A DNA stretch of 64,000 nucleotides from Squalus acanthias (taxonomy: Eukaryota), in NCBI GenBank assembly GCA_030390025.1, contig CM059432.1, forward strand, positions 80,416,001-80,480,000, read 5' to 3'. How positions within the stretch are numbered: position 1 is the stretch's first letter; each line of letters begins with the position of its first letter. Shown here in pieces: positions 25,207 through 38,474 of this stretch. The notes below the pieces were generated by a model. That model was not told the origin of the DNA and did not search any database. It saw nothing but the letters and a program-made list of their open reading frames with translations. A program made the position numbers and the translations under genes.

Positions 25207-26510
25207 ACAACAACAACAACATGCATATATAAAGCACCTTTAACATCGTAAAACGTCCCAAAGTGCTTCACAGGAGTGTTATCAAACAAAATTTGACACC
25301 GAGCCACATAAGGAGATATTAGGACAGCTTGGTCAAAGAAGGTTTTTAGAAGCATCTTAAAAGAGGTGAGAGAGGTGCAGAGGTTTAGGGAGGGAATTTC
25401 AGACCTTAGAGCCTAGGCAGCTGAAGGCACGGCCACCAATGGTGCAGCGATTAAAATTGGGGATGTGCAAGAGGCCAGAATTAGAGGAGCAAGGAGATCT
25501 CAGGGAGTTGTTGGGCAGGAGGAGATGACAGAGATAGGGAGGGTCGTGGCCACAGAGGGATTTGAAATCAACTACGAGAATTTTAAAATTGAGGCGTTGC
25601 TGGACCGGGAGCCAGTGTAGTTCAGCGAGCACAGGGGGTGATGGGTGAATGGGACTTGGTGCGAGTTAGGATACTGATAGCAGAGTTTTGGATGAGCTCA
25701 AGTTTACGGAGGGTGCAAGGTGGGAGGCCAGCCAGGAGAGCATTGGAATAGTCAAATCTAGAGGTAACAACGACATAGCTGAGGGATTCAACAGCAGATG
25801 AGCTGAGGCAGGGGCGGAGATGGGCAATGTTACAGAGGTGGAAGTAGTTGGTTAGGTGGTGGAGAGGATATGGGGTCAGAAGCTCATCTCGAGGTCATAT
25901 AGGATGCCAAGGTTGCAAACAGTCTGGTTCAGTCTCAGAAAGTGACCAGGGAGAGGGATGGAGTTGGTGGCTAGGGAACGGAGTTTTGTTGCGGGGACCA
26001 AATGTTTAATTGGAGGAAATTTCTGCTCATCCAGTACTGTATGTCGGACAAGCAGTCTGACAATTTAGAGACAGTGGAGGGGTCGAGAGAGGTGGTTGTG
26101 ATGTAGAGCTTGTCGTCAGCGTACATGTGGAAACTGACCCTGTGTTTTTGGATGATGTCACCGAGGGGCAGCATGTAGATGAGAAATAGGAGGGGCCAAG
26201 GATAGACCCTTGGGGGACTCCAGAGGTAACGGTGCAGGAGCGGGAAGAGAAGCCGTTGCAGGAGATTCTATGGCTACGACTGGATAGATAAGAATGGAAC
26301 CAGGCGAGGGCAGTCCCACCCAGCTGGACAACGGAGGAGAGGCGTTGGAGGAGGATGGTGTGGTCTACCATGTCAAAGGCTGCAGACAGGCTGAGAAGGA
26401 TGAGGAGGGATAGTTTACCATGGTCACAGTCATATGGGACGTCATTTGTGACTTTGATAAGGCCGTTTCAGTGCTGTGGTGGGGCGGAAACCTAATCGGA
26501 GGGCTTCAAT
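25207..26510 (-). mobile_element. L2 LINE 3' part
   Basis: LAELHWLPV, GVPQGSILGP, HMYADD motifs; (CAA)n tail on the + strand. Confidence 0.88.
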
Positions 26511-26861
26511 CAATTTTTTTTCTTTTAATGGAACCATTGCATACAGTAAGGAACATTAGCAAATATTAAGCCTTCCAAAGTACATCTCAGTATTTTGATG
26601 ACTATAATGGGCAATGCATTATTAATATGTAACGATCTTTGATAGAACTGTTAAAAAAAAATTCTAAATGTAATCCATGAATTAAACCTGCACTGTTGAA
26701 TTCTCCTGACAGTATTGTATGCTGCTCCAGTCTATGCACTATTATATCCAAATGAAGAACGGTACATATAAAAGGTGACTGCAAATCAAAGCATGCTGAG
26801 AGCAAGGTTTTCTCTTAAATGAAACAACATAAGATTGCTGAAAGAAACCACTTGAAATTTA

Positions 26862-26977
26862 GGGGTATATTTTTCTCCATTTGCTAATATTAGATTTAAA
26901 AAAATCAGCATACATATACAGTGGGTCTCCCACTTTATACTTTCTGCTAAATTAATAAATGGAGGAAAATATACCCC
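26862..26977. mobile_element. Short foldback MITE
   Basis: About 20-bp imperfect TIR GGGGTATATTTTTCTCCATTT / AAATGGAGGAAAATATACCCC. Confidence 0.65.
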
Positions 26978-27137
26978 ATTCCGCAGAGTATACTTTGCCT
27001 GTCCTTACAATCATACAACTACCATTAGGATTGCCATGACAGAAAGTAAAGCATTTATATGACTAGTAAAGCATTAATAATACTATCCCCATTCTGTATC
27101 TGAAGATAACGTAACACAAATATGTTATTTTTATCAG

Positions 27138-27209
27138 GCATTCCTGCAGCGAATGATCCAGCATGCTGCTTCTAGAGTTGACAAGAATGTGACTGAAGAA
27201 ACCGTTAAG
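27138..27209 (+). CDS. PREX2: PREX2 coding exon (human exon 2 equivalent), DH domain: [24 protein letters not shown]
   Basis: ttatcag|GCA...AAG|gtaaga, 72 nt, phase 0-0. Peptide closely matches recalled human PREX2 [24 protein letters not shown]. Confidence 0.93.
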
Positions 27210-27783
27210 GTAAGAACTGTATAAATAGGAACAGAAGAAGGCCATTCAGCCCCTCGAGCTAGTTCCCCCATGAATGCCCCACATGAACCTTACATATCAA
27301 GAAGGCTCCAAGTTGGATCCCTAATCCGTGCTGAGCTAGTGCATTACAGCTGAGGCAGCAGACTCTAAACATGTCCTTAGAAATCCTTAGGATAGGGAGC
27401 TGAAAAAAAATCACCCACGGTTCTTGTTTCTGTTTGTTTACTGTTCCCTGAAAGTGCCGAGATGTGATGTGGGTGTGGACAGGATCAGCCCAGCTCTGAT
27501 GCCTCTGTGGTCAAGCAGGCGGGCCAGTGTTCGCACATAAAGAAAACCTTATGTACTGGAAAATTGCTGGGGCATGTGGAACCATATCTCAGCATTAGTC
27601 ATTGCTTTTAATGAAGTAGGAGAGAAAATTGTGTGGGGCGGGTGGTGGTGGTGGGAGGGGTGGAGAAGGGATGCGGTGTAGAAATCTGCTTCAAGGAAAG
27701 TGATACAGATTTGACAATACAATTGGAAAATTTTCAACAGCTGTGACTTTGTGCATAATGTGATTTTTGATATTTACTTTCAG

Positions 27784-27906
27784 ACGTTGTTTTCTAATAT
27801 TGAGGACATTCTTGCAGTCCACAAAGAATTTCTGGGTATGATTGAGGAGTGCCTGCAGCCTGAACCCAGTGCCCAACATGAATTGGGAAGCTGCTTTCTT
27901 CAGTTT
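27784..27906 (+). CDS. PREX2: PREX2 coding exon (exon 3 equivalent): [41 protein letters not shown]
   Basis: ctttcag|ACG...TTT|gtatgt, 123 nt. DH-domain LFSNIEDI motif, in frame with neighbouring exons. Confidence 0.95.
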
Positions 27907-28325
27907 GTATGTATCACTTGCTCTGGCTGGACTGATTGTTACAGTATTTTCTTATGTTCTTGACAAACTGATTTTAAGTTCTAGTTTCCTATTGAGGAAA
28001 AGTTATTTTTAATAAACAGTAATATTACCACAAAAACAACTTTATTTTGACCACATCAATTCTTTTGGGTGCCCTTGCTGTCTCTGTTTTCACTCTGTGT
28101 ATATATACTTGTATGTAAAACTATTTTGAATAAGAAATAGTGTTAATACTCCATTTTCTTTGCCAAAAAGTCAGGTAACAAATTATGAAGCACATATTAA
28201 ATCTGTGTTGTTGATTGCATGATCCAGTCCAGTAACTATAAAAATTCCATGTGCAGCATTTTTGTACATCGATACATGTATTATTACTTGGGCATCCGCA
28301 TTTTGTGACTTAGTCACACTTGTAC

Positions 28326-28500
28326 CTGGGTCAAAATCCTGGAACTCCGTCCCTAACAGCACTGTGGGAGTACCTTCACCACACGGACTGCAGCGGTTCA
28401 AGAAGGGGGCTCATCACCACCTTCTCAAGGGCAATTAGGGATGGGCAATAAATGCTGGCCTTGCCAGCGACGCCCACATCCCATGAACAAAGAAAAAAAA
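28326..28500 (+). mobile_element. CR1-like family B 3' tail with A-rich end
   Basis: Matches 5870-6035. Confidence 0.85.
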
Positions 28501-29953
28501 ACATTTAAGCTGAGATGGAGATACATAAGTATTAAAAGTTGTAGATCCCTATACCTACATCTATAGCATCGCTAACATACTCTTAAGGAAATATGTTTTG
28601 TTCCTGCCATTCCAAGGGCAAAGCCACAAGAAATCCACTAGTTTAATGGGGGAAAAAACAAATAAATATAAAAATAAGCAGCTGATGTAATTTTTGATTT
28701 CAGTTTGGTAGGTATTGAAATGTTAGATAAAATCTATGGGAAATACTTGATGCAGCTTTGTATGGAGAGAAGATTGCCGTTTTCCATCTGGAAAATTAAT
28801 TCTAGCTTTTCTAAGCCGATACGAATAATGTGCTAGTTTTTTTTTCAGCAGGCGATTCTGTGTTTACTACCAGTGATAATGGCTGAAAATAAATCATACC
28901 CCAAAAATCAGTGTTTTTGCTTTGTAGATACAGATTCTTGTCAACCTTACAGGCTGTAAAAATATGTGGCCCTTATCCAAGTATTAATTATCACAAACGC
29001 AAGTAATTTGTTGCATGCAACAAACATCCCATGACAAATCTTGTGAATTTCCACACTTACCGTGTGTGGTATGATTTGATGACGGAATATTGCTAAAAGA
29101 AAGTATGAGGCAGTGACAATGTATGTTCCTGAGTGGCTTTAATAAATAATAAAACATTTGCTGCAACAAGTTATTTGTGCTATGTCTCTGTTTCCTTCTA
29201 CTTTTCTATGCTTTGCAGTGGTGTTCTTCTAAAAATAGGGCTCCAACTGTGTGATGTGTAGAAAATGCCCAGGATACACAAATGATGCACTGTGATTGAG
29301 ATGAGAGTGGCATCTTTTAGTTCATAGTTCCACTAGCATAATGAAAGGATAATTGACTGGTGGGTCAGTAGACCTGCCACATTTTAGACTGGCCTGTTCG
29401 TTTACCCCGGCCACAGTGGCGGCTCTTTACAGCTGGTGTTTAGAGGAGGAAAATTGGAAGCTTGATCTTAACCCAGGCCCTGCTAGGCCACAAATCAGAT
29501 TGGCACTGTTGGCAATGCTACGCTGGTTAGCGCAAGCAAAATTTTGGGTATTCCCTTGTGAAAATCAGTCTTACATTTTAGAAAGAAAATGACACCTCTT
29601 TGGATTTGGACTATTCAAGTGGCAGAGCAGTCGTTCACCGCAGCCCCCCCCCCCCCCCCCCAAAAAAAAAGTTTTGATATGTAGAAAGCTCTAATAGGCT
29701 TAAATGAACACTTTTTCTGTCACTTGCATCTTCTATTTACACCACCTCCCGCAATAAAAAGTGCCAAGCTGTGTTCCTGCAAAAAAGTCCTTCATCACTG
29801 AGCAAGAGCACTCATTAGTGGATCCCACTGCAAGATTGTTCTACTATAATTCAGGATGGTTAGAGAGTTTGTCCACAATATTCTGAAGTATTTTTCAACA
29901 GTAAGCAATAATTAAAAAGGGTTGCTTATTGTGATTTTTGTTTGGAAATACAG

Positions 29954-30058
29954 AAACATCGATTTTCTATCTATGATGAGTACTGCAGTAATCATGAAAA
30001 AGCACAAAGGCTATTATTGGAACTGAATAAAATGCGGACTGTGCGGACATTTTTGCTG
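29954..30058 (+). CDS. PREX2: PREX2 coding exon (exon 4 equivalent): [35 protein letters not shown]
   Basis: atacag|AAA...CTG|gtaagg, 105 nt. [13 protein letters not shown] motif. Confidence 0.95.
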
Positions 30059-30797
30059 GTAAGGACTCCTTTCTTTTTTCATAAAAGCATTTGATTGAAA
30101 TGCTTTAAAGGCAAAAAAGAACACTGAACATTTTTCTGCATTAAAAATATGTAGTAGTTCCCTTTCACTGATAAATATGATTTTCAGAGAAGGTACTGTC
30201 GAAGTGTGGGTGGGTTGTTGTGGATAGGATTGGTGCGGGTGAGTCTCCCGGCTGATTTTAACTTCCCACCAGGGCGGGCAGGGTTAAAATCGTCCCTGAA
30301 CTCTGTCAGTTACTGCTGACATTACAATTAACACCTGTACTATGCATGGACTATGCACTCGTACTTTCGGGAATGCAAAATAAGTCACATTTAATCCTTC
30401 ATTATGATAGGCTGCTAACTTCCTGTTGGGACTGACCAGTAATCTGCTGCAGAACTGTAGCAACAATGCGTACTAGATTCAGTGCACCACTGGCACTGCA
30501 ATTGACTGAAGGAGGCCAGTAAAAGCAGGAAAGGGCTGTCTATAAAGTAAGGTAACACATTAATGGAAGGGTTCTGTGGAAGGGTTTGCACCTGAAGCGT
30601 CAAGTGACTTGTGTTTTCTCGATGGATGCTGTCTGACCTGTTGAATGTCTCCAATGGTTTCTATTTTTGTTTCAGATTTCCAGCAACTGCAGTAATTTTT
30701 TTTTGTTAGCGCATTAATGGACCACATTAATTACAATTGTGTATTTCTATATAACATTAATGTTTTTTTCTCTTCCAAATATCAAACTAAACAATTA

Positions 30798-31540
30798 GGG
30801 GGAAAAATTCAGCTGCTTGCGCCTCCCGTTAGCGCCTTAAGAGGGCGCTAATGGGGCGTAAAGCAGCTAACGCCCGGGCGCAGCACCACCCACGCCTCCC
30901 GCAAAATTCAGCGGGAGGTTAGCGGCGGCGGCAGCCGGTAGCACCCTGTGGCGCTGCGCCGCCGGCGATGACGTCATCGCCGTGCGCAGCACCCCGCTCG
31001 CGCTCCAGCCGCGATCTTCAGTCGCGCCCCCTGATTTACCGCCAGACGCTATGTCCGACGGGTTCAGGGAGGCGTACGTGCGGCCGGGGCGGCGATATTT
31101 AAAGGGGAGGTGGCAGGCGGCCATTTTTGTTGCTGGCCGCCTGCCAGCACCTGCCCCCGTTGCTGTCCCCGGCCCCCGTGAAGCCCCCCCACCGTGAAGT
31201 GCCGGCTGCGCTCCAAGAGCCCGGCACTTCTCTTGAGTGCCGGGCTCTTTTGCCGGCACTCCCGATCCCTGGGGGCCCAGCTGGGCCCCGGTTCGCGCTG
31301 CGCAGGGTCCCTCCCCTTTAAGAAGGGGAGGAAGGCCTGCAATACCGCGGCACGTAGCGCCGGGATATTCCCTCGCAGCGCCCCAAGAGGGATGCGGGGT
31401 GCTTCCAGTGGCGCCCCGCTTCCCTCTTGGGGCGCAACCATTGAAGTTCTGGCGCGGGGCTGCTAATTTTTTCGGGGCGCTAAAAGTAGCGCCCCGGCGA
31501 GGTTAGCGCCCCAAATGGGGCGCGACTCAATTTTTAGCCC
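30798..31540. mobile_element. GC/CpG-rich Harbinger-type (Tourist-like) MITE, young
   Basis: TTA|GGGGGAAAAATTCAG ... CTCAATTTTTAGCCC|TTA. Related copy starts near 63669. Confidence 0.85.
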
Positions 31541-31807
31541 TTAATTTATTAAGGTGAATTGATTGCTTAAAAAGTTAAGTTAATTGATATTGTGGCACAG
31601 GCACAGTCCAGTGACAGGGATTTTTTTCAGGGGTGCAGAACCCTAGATAGTTTGGAGATAAGAACCTGTAGGAAACACATCGCCACACATCAGTGTAAGT
31701 GGGCTGATAAAATAGAAACTTTTTTTCCTTGAATCTTTGGGGGCCCAGGCTACGACCCAGGTCTGGACCCTCAGATAGGGCCCAAATCCATCCTTCGGCA
31801 ACTTGAT

Positions 31808-33535
31808 GGCCAAAATTTTAATCGGGAGCGGGGGATGCAGGGTGCTAGGAAGTGGTTGGGAAACCCGGGAGCACGAATTTAATGGCAGGGCCTGATTTGC
31901 AATTCAAAAATCTGTTTCCCACCCACAGCCAGCCAGATGGAGATGCTGGCTGGCTATGGGTGGGTAGGCCTGTGGCACTAGGCCGCAGAGAGGATGGGGG
32001 GAAAGATCAGGCGGGGGCCCGAGGAGGATTGGGGGGGGAGGGAAGTAATGATCGGGGCCGGAGGAGGTTCTTGGGGGAGGGGAGAGAAGCAATGGTCGGG
32101 GCCGGAGGAGGTTCGAGGTTGGGGGGCGAAGCATTGGGGCCGGCCTGAGGATCATCGGTGTGGGGGGTGGTGCGGGGGAGCATCGGGCCCGGAGAATCAT
32201 CAGTAGCGGGAGGAGTCCAGGAAGGTGATCGGAGGCCTCGTGGGGGCATCTCTGATTGTGGGGTGGTGGGTGAGGTAGGGACGCTGGATCCAGGCGGTAA
32301 GTGTAAAGGCACTTACCTCCTGGATCCAGCAGTCCTCGCCTTACTTTAGCTGGCGGGTTCTTCGAGGCCTGCGAAATCCGACCAGCCACAGTTAAATTTG
32401 AAATGCTGCTTAAATATGACACAAAACTTAGAAGTATAGTGAACAGTGAACAGTGAGGAGGATAGTGATAGACTTCAGGAAGACATAGACAGGCTGGTGA
32501 AATGGGCGGACAGGTGGCAGATGAAATTTAACACAGTAAGGTGTGAAGTGATACATTTTGGAAGAAAGAATGAGGAGAGGACATAAAACTAAATGGTACA
32601 ATCCTAAAGGGGGTGCACGAACAGAGAGACCTGGGGGTATGTGTGCACAAATCATTGAAGGTGGCAGGGCAAGTTGAGAAAGCAGTTAAAAAGGCTTACA
32701 GGATCCTGGGCTTCATGAATAGCGGTATAGAGTACGAAAGTGTGGAAATTATGATGAACCTGTATAAAACACTTGTTCGGCCCCAACTGGAGTACTGTGT
32801 CCAATTCTGGGCACCACACTTTAGGAAGGATGTGAAGCCCTTAGAGAGGGTGCAGAAAAGATTTACGAGAATGATTCCAGGAATGAGGGACTTCAGTTAC
32901 GTTGATAGACTGGAGAAGCTGGGGTTGTTCTCCTTGGAGCAGAGAAGATTGAGAGGAGATTTGATAGAGGTGTTCAAAATCATGAGGGGTCTGGACAGAG
33001 TAGATAGAGGGAAACTGTTCCCATTGGCAGAAGGGTCGAGAACCAGAGGACACAGATTTAAGGTGATTGGCAAAAGAACCAAAGGCGATGTAAGAAAAAC
33101 TTTTTTACGCAGCGAGTGGTTAAGATCTGGAATGCACTGCCTGAAAGGGTGGTGGAGGCAGATTCAATCACGGCTTTCAAATGGGAATTGGATAAGTATC
33201 TGAAGGAAAGAAATTTGCAGGGCTATGGGGAAAGGGCGGGGGAGTGGGACTAGCTGAAGTGCTCTTGCAGAGAGACTGCATGGGCTCGACAGGCTGAAAG
33301 GCCTTCTTCCGTGCTGTAACCATTCTATGATTCTATGAAATCTGAGGCATGCTAGCCTCATTATAATATTTAAATAAGCGTCCCGCCTCCTGAGAGCAGG
33401 TTGGCTGCCCGCCCCCCGTCCCACCTCCATTAAAACCGGAAGTGAGCGCGTTGGAGGCGGGTTGAGGTTGGGAATCAGTTTTTTTTTAACACTTTATAAC
33501 CTCCCACCCGACCCCAACCCACCCCAATTCCCCCT
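31808..33535. mobile_element. MITE-like element split by a CR1 insertion
   Basis: Both halves align in reverse with 53604-54000. Confidence 0.65.
32416..33337 (+). mobile_element. CR1 LINE 3' fragment
   Basis: ORF 32613..33203; (ATTCTATG)n tail; AAAT flanks both ends. Confidence 0.9.
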
Positions 33536-33899
33536 GATATATCTGGACCGTATGTGATACTTCACCCAAAACAAGGCCTCTTGGAATTCCCAAAAGGCGA
33601 GGACCTGGAGTGTCCAGGTCTTGGCCTAATTTCCAGCTGTCTGGTGCACTGCCGCTCGATCGACAGTTGCAGTATGCCGGAAATGCCACAGATTTTCAGT
33701 CCCTTTCAGTGTAAGTGGCACATGGTACACCAAAGATTGCCTCTTTTGATTTCATGGGTGACAGGAATGTGTGAACTTTCCACCACACCTAGTGATGGAT
33801 TGGGACCCAAAACACCTGCAAGCCAATAATTTAGTCAATCTTTTTTGTTGCTGGCACCACAAACCTTGGTGCAAATCTTGATTCTTTGGTTCCTTACAT

Positions 33900-34550
33900 A
33901 CTGAAAACCAGCACTGGCCTAATCTTGAAATTCTGTCTTTCACACACACATCACTGCACCATGTTTAGCCATTCAATCTATACTGCCAGTTATGATCTTT
34001 AGTCCTGTTCCATCAAATATCCACCAGCTAAGCTACCTGTGCTGGTAATTCTGCCCTCGCACAGCAGTAGTCAGACTCATATGGAAAGAGGGCAGTTTCT
34101 CATGTATTGCCTAATATAATCCTGATCTGTCAAACAATCACTAACCACACTTCAAATCCAGATCACTAATCACTGACATGTTGTTAACTGTGATTCCAGA
34201 TTTAAGCCAGCTTCTCTCATCTCTCCTCAGCCTCTTTCACCTTGTTACTCCCAGTTCTTGTCAATTGAAAATATGCTGTCCGACACATTTTTCTCCCTTC
34301 CTACCTTCTGACTCGTGTTGAAATCAAATCTCACCATTCAGTCTATTACTCTTATTCGATCTTTTACAGAAAACTGGAATTCTTTACCACCCTCTGTGTA
34401 TCCTTCCTGCTACAATCTTCTAACATGTGAAAACAAACTTAGTGTCAGATAATCACTGCTTTGTGATTTACTTCATCTCTTTCACTCTTTTCAACCTTGG
34501 AGGTGTCTTGCAGTTTAGACCTTGGCCCTTAGCCTCGGTTTCTCAGTTAA
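33900..34550 (+). mobile_element. Old CR1/Jockey-group LINE 3' remnant
   Basis: WNSLPPSVYPSCYNL motif near 34375-34420. Confidence 0.35.
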
Positions 34551-34791
34551 AAATAATTCTATTCTGGAGTCCTTCAGTCCCTGATTAAAATGGCTTCAGT
34601 TTTAAAGTTCTTATTGCTCGACTGTAAACTATCAGAACATGTCATCTTCATATGAAAAATAATATTGGGAATCTGTTGTGATAGTGTGTCATTAAAATAT
34701 GAATTATGGAAATACAAAAGGATGACGAGAAAGAAAGCAACTTTTTTGATTATTCTATATCACCTTTAACTTAATACATTTGTAGTAATTG

Positions 34792-37700
34792 CAACAACAA
34801 CAACTTATATTTATATAGTGCCGTTAACATAATAAAGGCACTTCAGAGAAGTGTTATAAAAAAACAAAATGTGACACCGAGCCACATAAGGAGATGTTAG
34901 GGCAGATGACCAAAAGCTTGGTCGAAGAGGTAGGTTTTAAGGAGAATCTTAAAGGAGGAAAGCGAAGTAGAGAGGCTGAGAGGTTTAGGGAGGGAATTCC
35001 AGAGCTTTGGACCTAGGCAGCTGAAGGCACGACCGCCAATAGTGGAGCATTTAAAATCGGGGAGGCTCAAAAGTCCAGAATAGGTGGAGCACAGAGGTCT
35101 CGGGGGATTGTAGGGCTGGAGGAGATTACAGAGATAAGGAGGGGTGAGGCCATGGAGGGATTTGAAAACAAGGATGCGAATTTTAAAATCGAGGCGTTGC
35201 TTAACTGGAAGCCAATGTAGGTTAGCAAGCGCAGGGGAGATGGGTGAGTGGGACTTGGTGTGAATTAGTACACGGGCGGCAGAGTTTTGGATGACCTCAA
35301 GTTTATGGAGGGTAGAACTAAGGAGGCCGGCCAGGAGTGCATTGGAATAGTCAAGTCTAGAGGTGATAAAGGCATGGATGAGGGTTTCAGCAGCAGATAA
35401 GTTGAGGTAAGGGCGGAGACGGATGATATTACGAAGGTGGAAATGGGCAGTCTTAGTGATAGAACGGATATGATGTAAGAAGCTCAATTCGTGATCAAAT
35501 ATGACACCAAGATTGCGAACAGACTTAGTCAGCCTTAAAGAGTTGCCGGGGAGAGAGATCGAATCAATGGAAAGGGAATGGAGTTTGTGGTGTGAACCGA
35601 AGACAATGTTTCAGTCTTCCCGATATATAATTGGAGGAAATTGCTACTCATCTAGTGCCGGATGTTGGACAAGCAGTCTGATAGTTAGAGATGGTGGAGG
35701 GTTCGAGAGAGGTGGAGGAGAGGTAGAGCTGGTTATCATCAGTGTACATGTGAAAACTCACGTTGTGTTGCCGGATGATGTCACCGAGGAGCAGCATGTA
35801 GATGAGAAATAGGAGGGGGCCAAGGATAGATCTTTGGGGGACACCAGAGGTGACAGTGCGGGATCGGGAAGAGAAGCCATTGCAAGTGATTCTATGGTTA
35901 CGTTTTAAAAGATATGAATTAAACCAGGCGAGTGCAGTCCCATTCAGCTGGACGGTGGTGGAGAGGCGTTGGAGCAGAATTTTGTGGTAAACCGTGTCAA
36001 AGGCTGCAGACAGGTTCAGAAGGACAAGAAGGGACCGATTACCTTTATCGCAGTCAATTAGGAGGTCATTTGTGACCTTAGTAAGAGCAGTTTCAGTACT
36101 GTGGCAGGGGCGGAAGCCTGATTGGAGGGATTCAAACAAGGAGTTCTGGGAAAGCTGGGCACGGATTTGGGAGGCGACAACACGTTTAAGAACTTTGAAG
36201 AGGAAAGAGAGGTTGGAGATGGGGCGATAGTTTGCAAGGACGGAGGGGTTGAGGGTTGGTTTTCTGAGGAGAGGGGTGATGACGGCAGATTTGAAGGAAA
36301 GGGCGACAATACCGGAGGAGAGAGAACTGTTAACAATATCCGCTAACATGGGAGCCAGGAAGGAAAGTTGGGTTGTCAGCAATTTAGTAGGAATAGGGTC
36401 GAGAGAGCAGGAGGTCGGTCTCATTGGCAAGATGAGCTTTGAAAGGGCAAAGGGGGAGACAGGAGAGAAATTAGAGAAATCTGCAAATTTAGGGTTAGGG
36501 CAGGGGAAAATGGAGAGGAAGTAAGGTCTGGTGGACTAGGGCGAAAGAGGGAATTAAAAGCAGAAGCAGTTGAACGGATGTTGTCGATCTTCTTAACAAA
36601 GAAGTCCATGAGCTCCTCACATTTATTATTGGAGGTGAGGGAGGAGGAAGCATGTGAGGGTAGTTTCAGAAGATGGTTAGTGGTGGAGAAAAGAAGCCTG
36701 GTGTTATTTTTGTCATCCTGGATGATCGTAGAATAATGGACAGTTTTAGTGATGGAGAGCAGGACCTGGTAGTGCTTTATATGATCTAGCCAAATCTGGT
36801 GATGGATGATTAGACCAGTTGTCCATCAAAGACGTTCAAGTCTGCATCCCTTGGACTTAAGGGAGCAGAGATGAGGGGTATATCAGGAGGAATGACTAGG
36901 GTGAGAGTTTGTAATGATTTTAGTGGGGACAAGGGCATCAAAGGTGGTGGAGAGGGTGTGATTTAGTAAGTCAGTAGCTGCAGAGATGTCCTGGAGAATA
37001 GTAGGCCAAAGGCTGGGTAGTTGGGAATTAGAAAGTACAGTGGTAAGGGACTTGAGGGAGAGTTTTTTCCAGAGGCGAATACAAAAAGAAGTGGGTTTAG
37101 GAGGGGGAAGGGAAATATGGGTAGAGAGTGATATAAGGAAATGGTTGGCGATTGCCTTATGGTTATGGCGGGGATAGCGAGACCACGTGAGATGATAAGA
37201 TTGAGGGGGTGGCCATGTATATGGGTGGGGGAGTTGACATGAAGGGAGAGATTAAGGGAGGAAAGGAGGAAAGTGATCTGAGAGGAGAGGGAACAAGATG
37301 AGTTGAGGTGGAGGTTGAAATCACCGATGATGAGAAGTCGCTCGGTGCAGAGGTAGAGGGAGGAAAGCAGAGAAGATATCTTATTGAGAAAATTGGTGTG
37401 GTATTTGGGTGGGCGGTACAGAATAAGGATTTTAAAAGAGAGACGTGAGGGGTGGAACAAGGTGAGATGCTCAATGCAGGAGAAGTTGCCGGAGGAGTGG
37501 GGAGACAGACCAAGGTGTGATTTAGATATAAGGGCTACACCACCACCACGGTTTGGGTGTGGAATATGGTGGAAAGTATAGCCAGGTAGGGAAGCTTCAT
37601 GAAGGGAAAGGTGTCATCACCCCTCAACCATGTCTCCGTCAATATCATGATGTCAATTTGATCATCCACAATAAGGTCATGGATGACAAGACCCTTATTT

Positions 37701-38170
37701 ACAAGTGAACGCATATTTTGAAGGGAAATGCGGAGAGGGGCAATGATACCTAATTTACTGACGTAGTACAGAGGGACAGAGCAGGGAGGGACAGGGAGGA
37801 GGTTAACGAGATGAACTCGCAGAAGCGCTTAAGACGGGAAGGACAGGGCGAGAGTAAGATAGGGCAAGTTAGGTTGCTGCTAGCTAGGAGGCAGCGACGA
37901 GTGCCTCGGTGAGCCTTTTGAAGGATGCCAAGAGAAGCACAGAGGGAAACTGGTATTATTTAGGAGGGAGTCAAGCCTTGAGTGGCGGGAGGAGAGTAGG
38001 AAGGATGATGAGTAGTAGAGAATAGGAGTTAGTGAGAGTAGAGTACATGACGGCGGAGAAAGAAATGGAGGCATGAAAGCTCAGGGAGGGTAATGAAGAA
38101 AGAGGAAAAAGGGAGAGATAGAAGTGATGGAACTCAGGTCTGGAGCGGCATCAAAACACGCACGCGTATG
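34792..38170 (-). mobile_element. L2 LINE, near full length (APE endonuclease and RT)
   Basis: ILYRPP...IIGDFNLH (APE); NYRPISNL, QSGFR..HSTETAL, SRLDYSNALLAGL, LHWLPV; (CAA)n tail. Confidence 0.92.
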
Positions 38171-38372
38171 GACACAGGGAATTAACTTACAAAGACATGA
38201 TTAAATGATAAATTATAAAGTATTTTGAACTGGCACTCTCCTGTCCCGTGACAGTTTGAACTTGCACTTAGTGATTTATCGGTACAAGAACTGTTTCATA
38301 ACTGCATAATAGACCATGCAAATATCAATATATGTATGATCTAATTAGTCATTTTGTATCTTGAAACACAAG

Positions 38373-38474
38373 GGTTGCATGCTGCTAGCAGGACGGAAGA
38401 ACCCTGACGTTCCACTTGAAGGATATCTAGTGGCTCCCATACAAAGGATATGCAAGTATCCACTTCTGCTAAAG
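38373..38474 (+). CDS. PREX2: PREX2 coding exon (exon 5 equivalent): [34 protein letters not shown]
   Basis: acacaag|GGT...AAG|gtactt, 102 nt. [16 protein letters not shown]3 motif. Confidence 0.95.

Noticed and set aside
1..27137. PREX2 first coding exon (RVCVLSELQKTERDYV-like)
   Set aside because: Not found by eye; it probably lies upstream of the window.
27907..29953. U12-type intron (donor gtatgtatc)
   Set aside because: It does not match the GTATCCTT U12 donor.
30867..32422. Overlapping GC-rich ORFs on both strands
   Set aside because: They lie in non-coding GC-rich MITEs where stops are rare, and show no recognisable domains.
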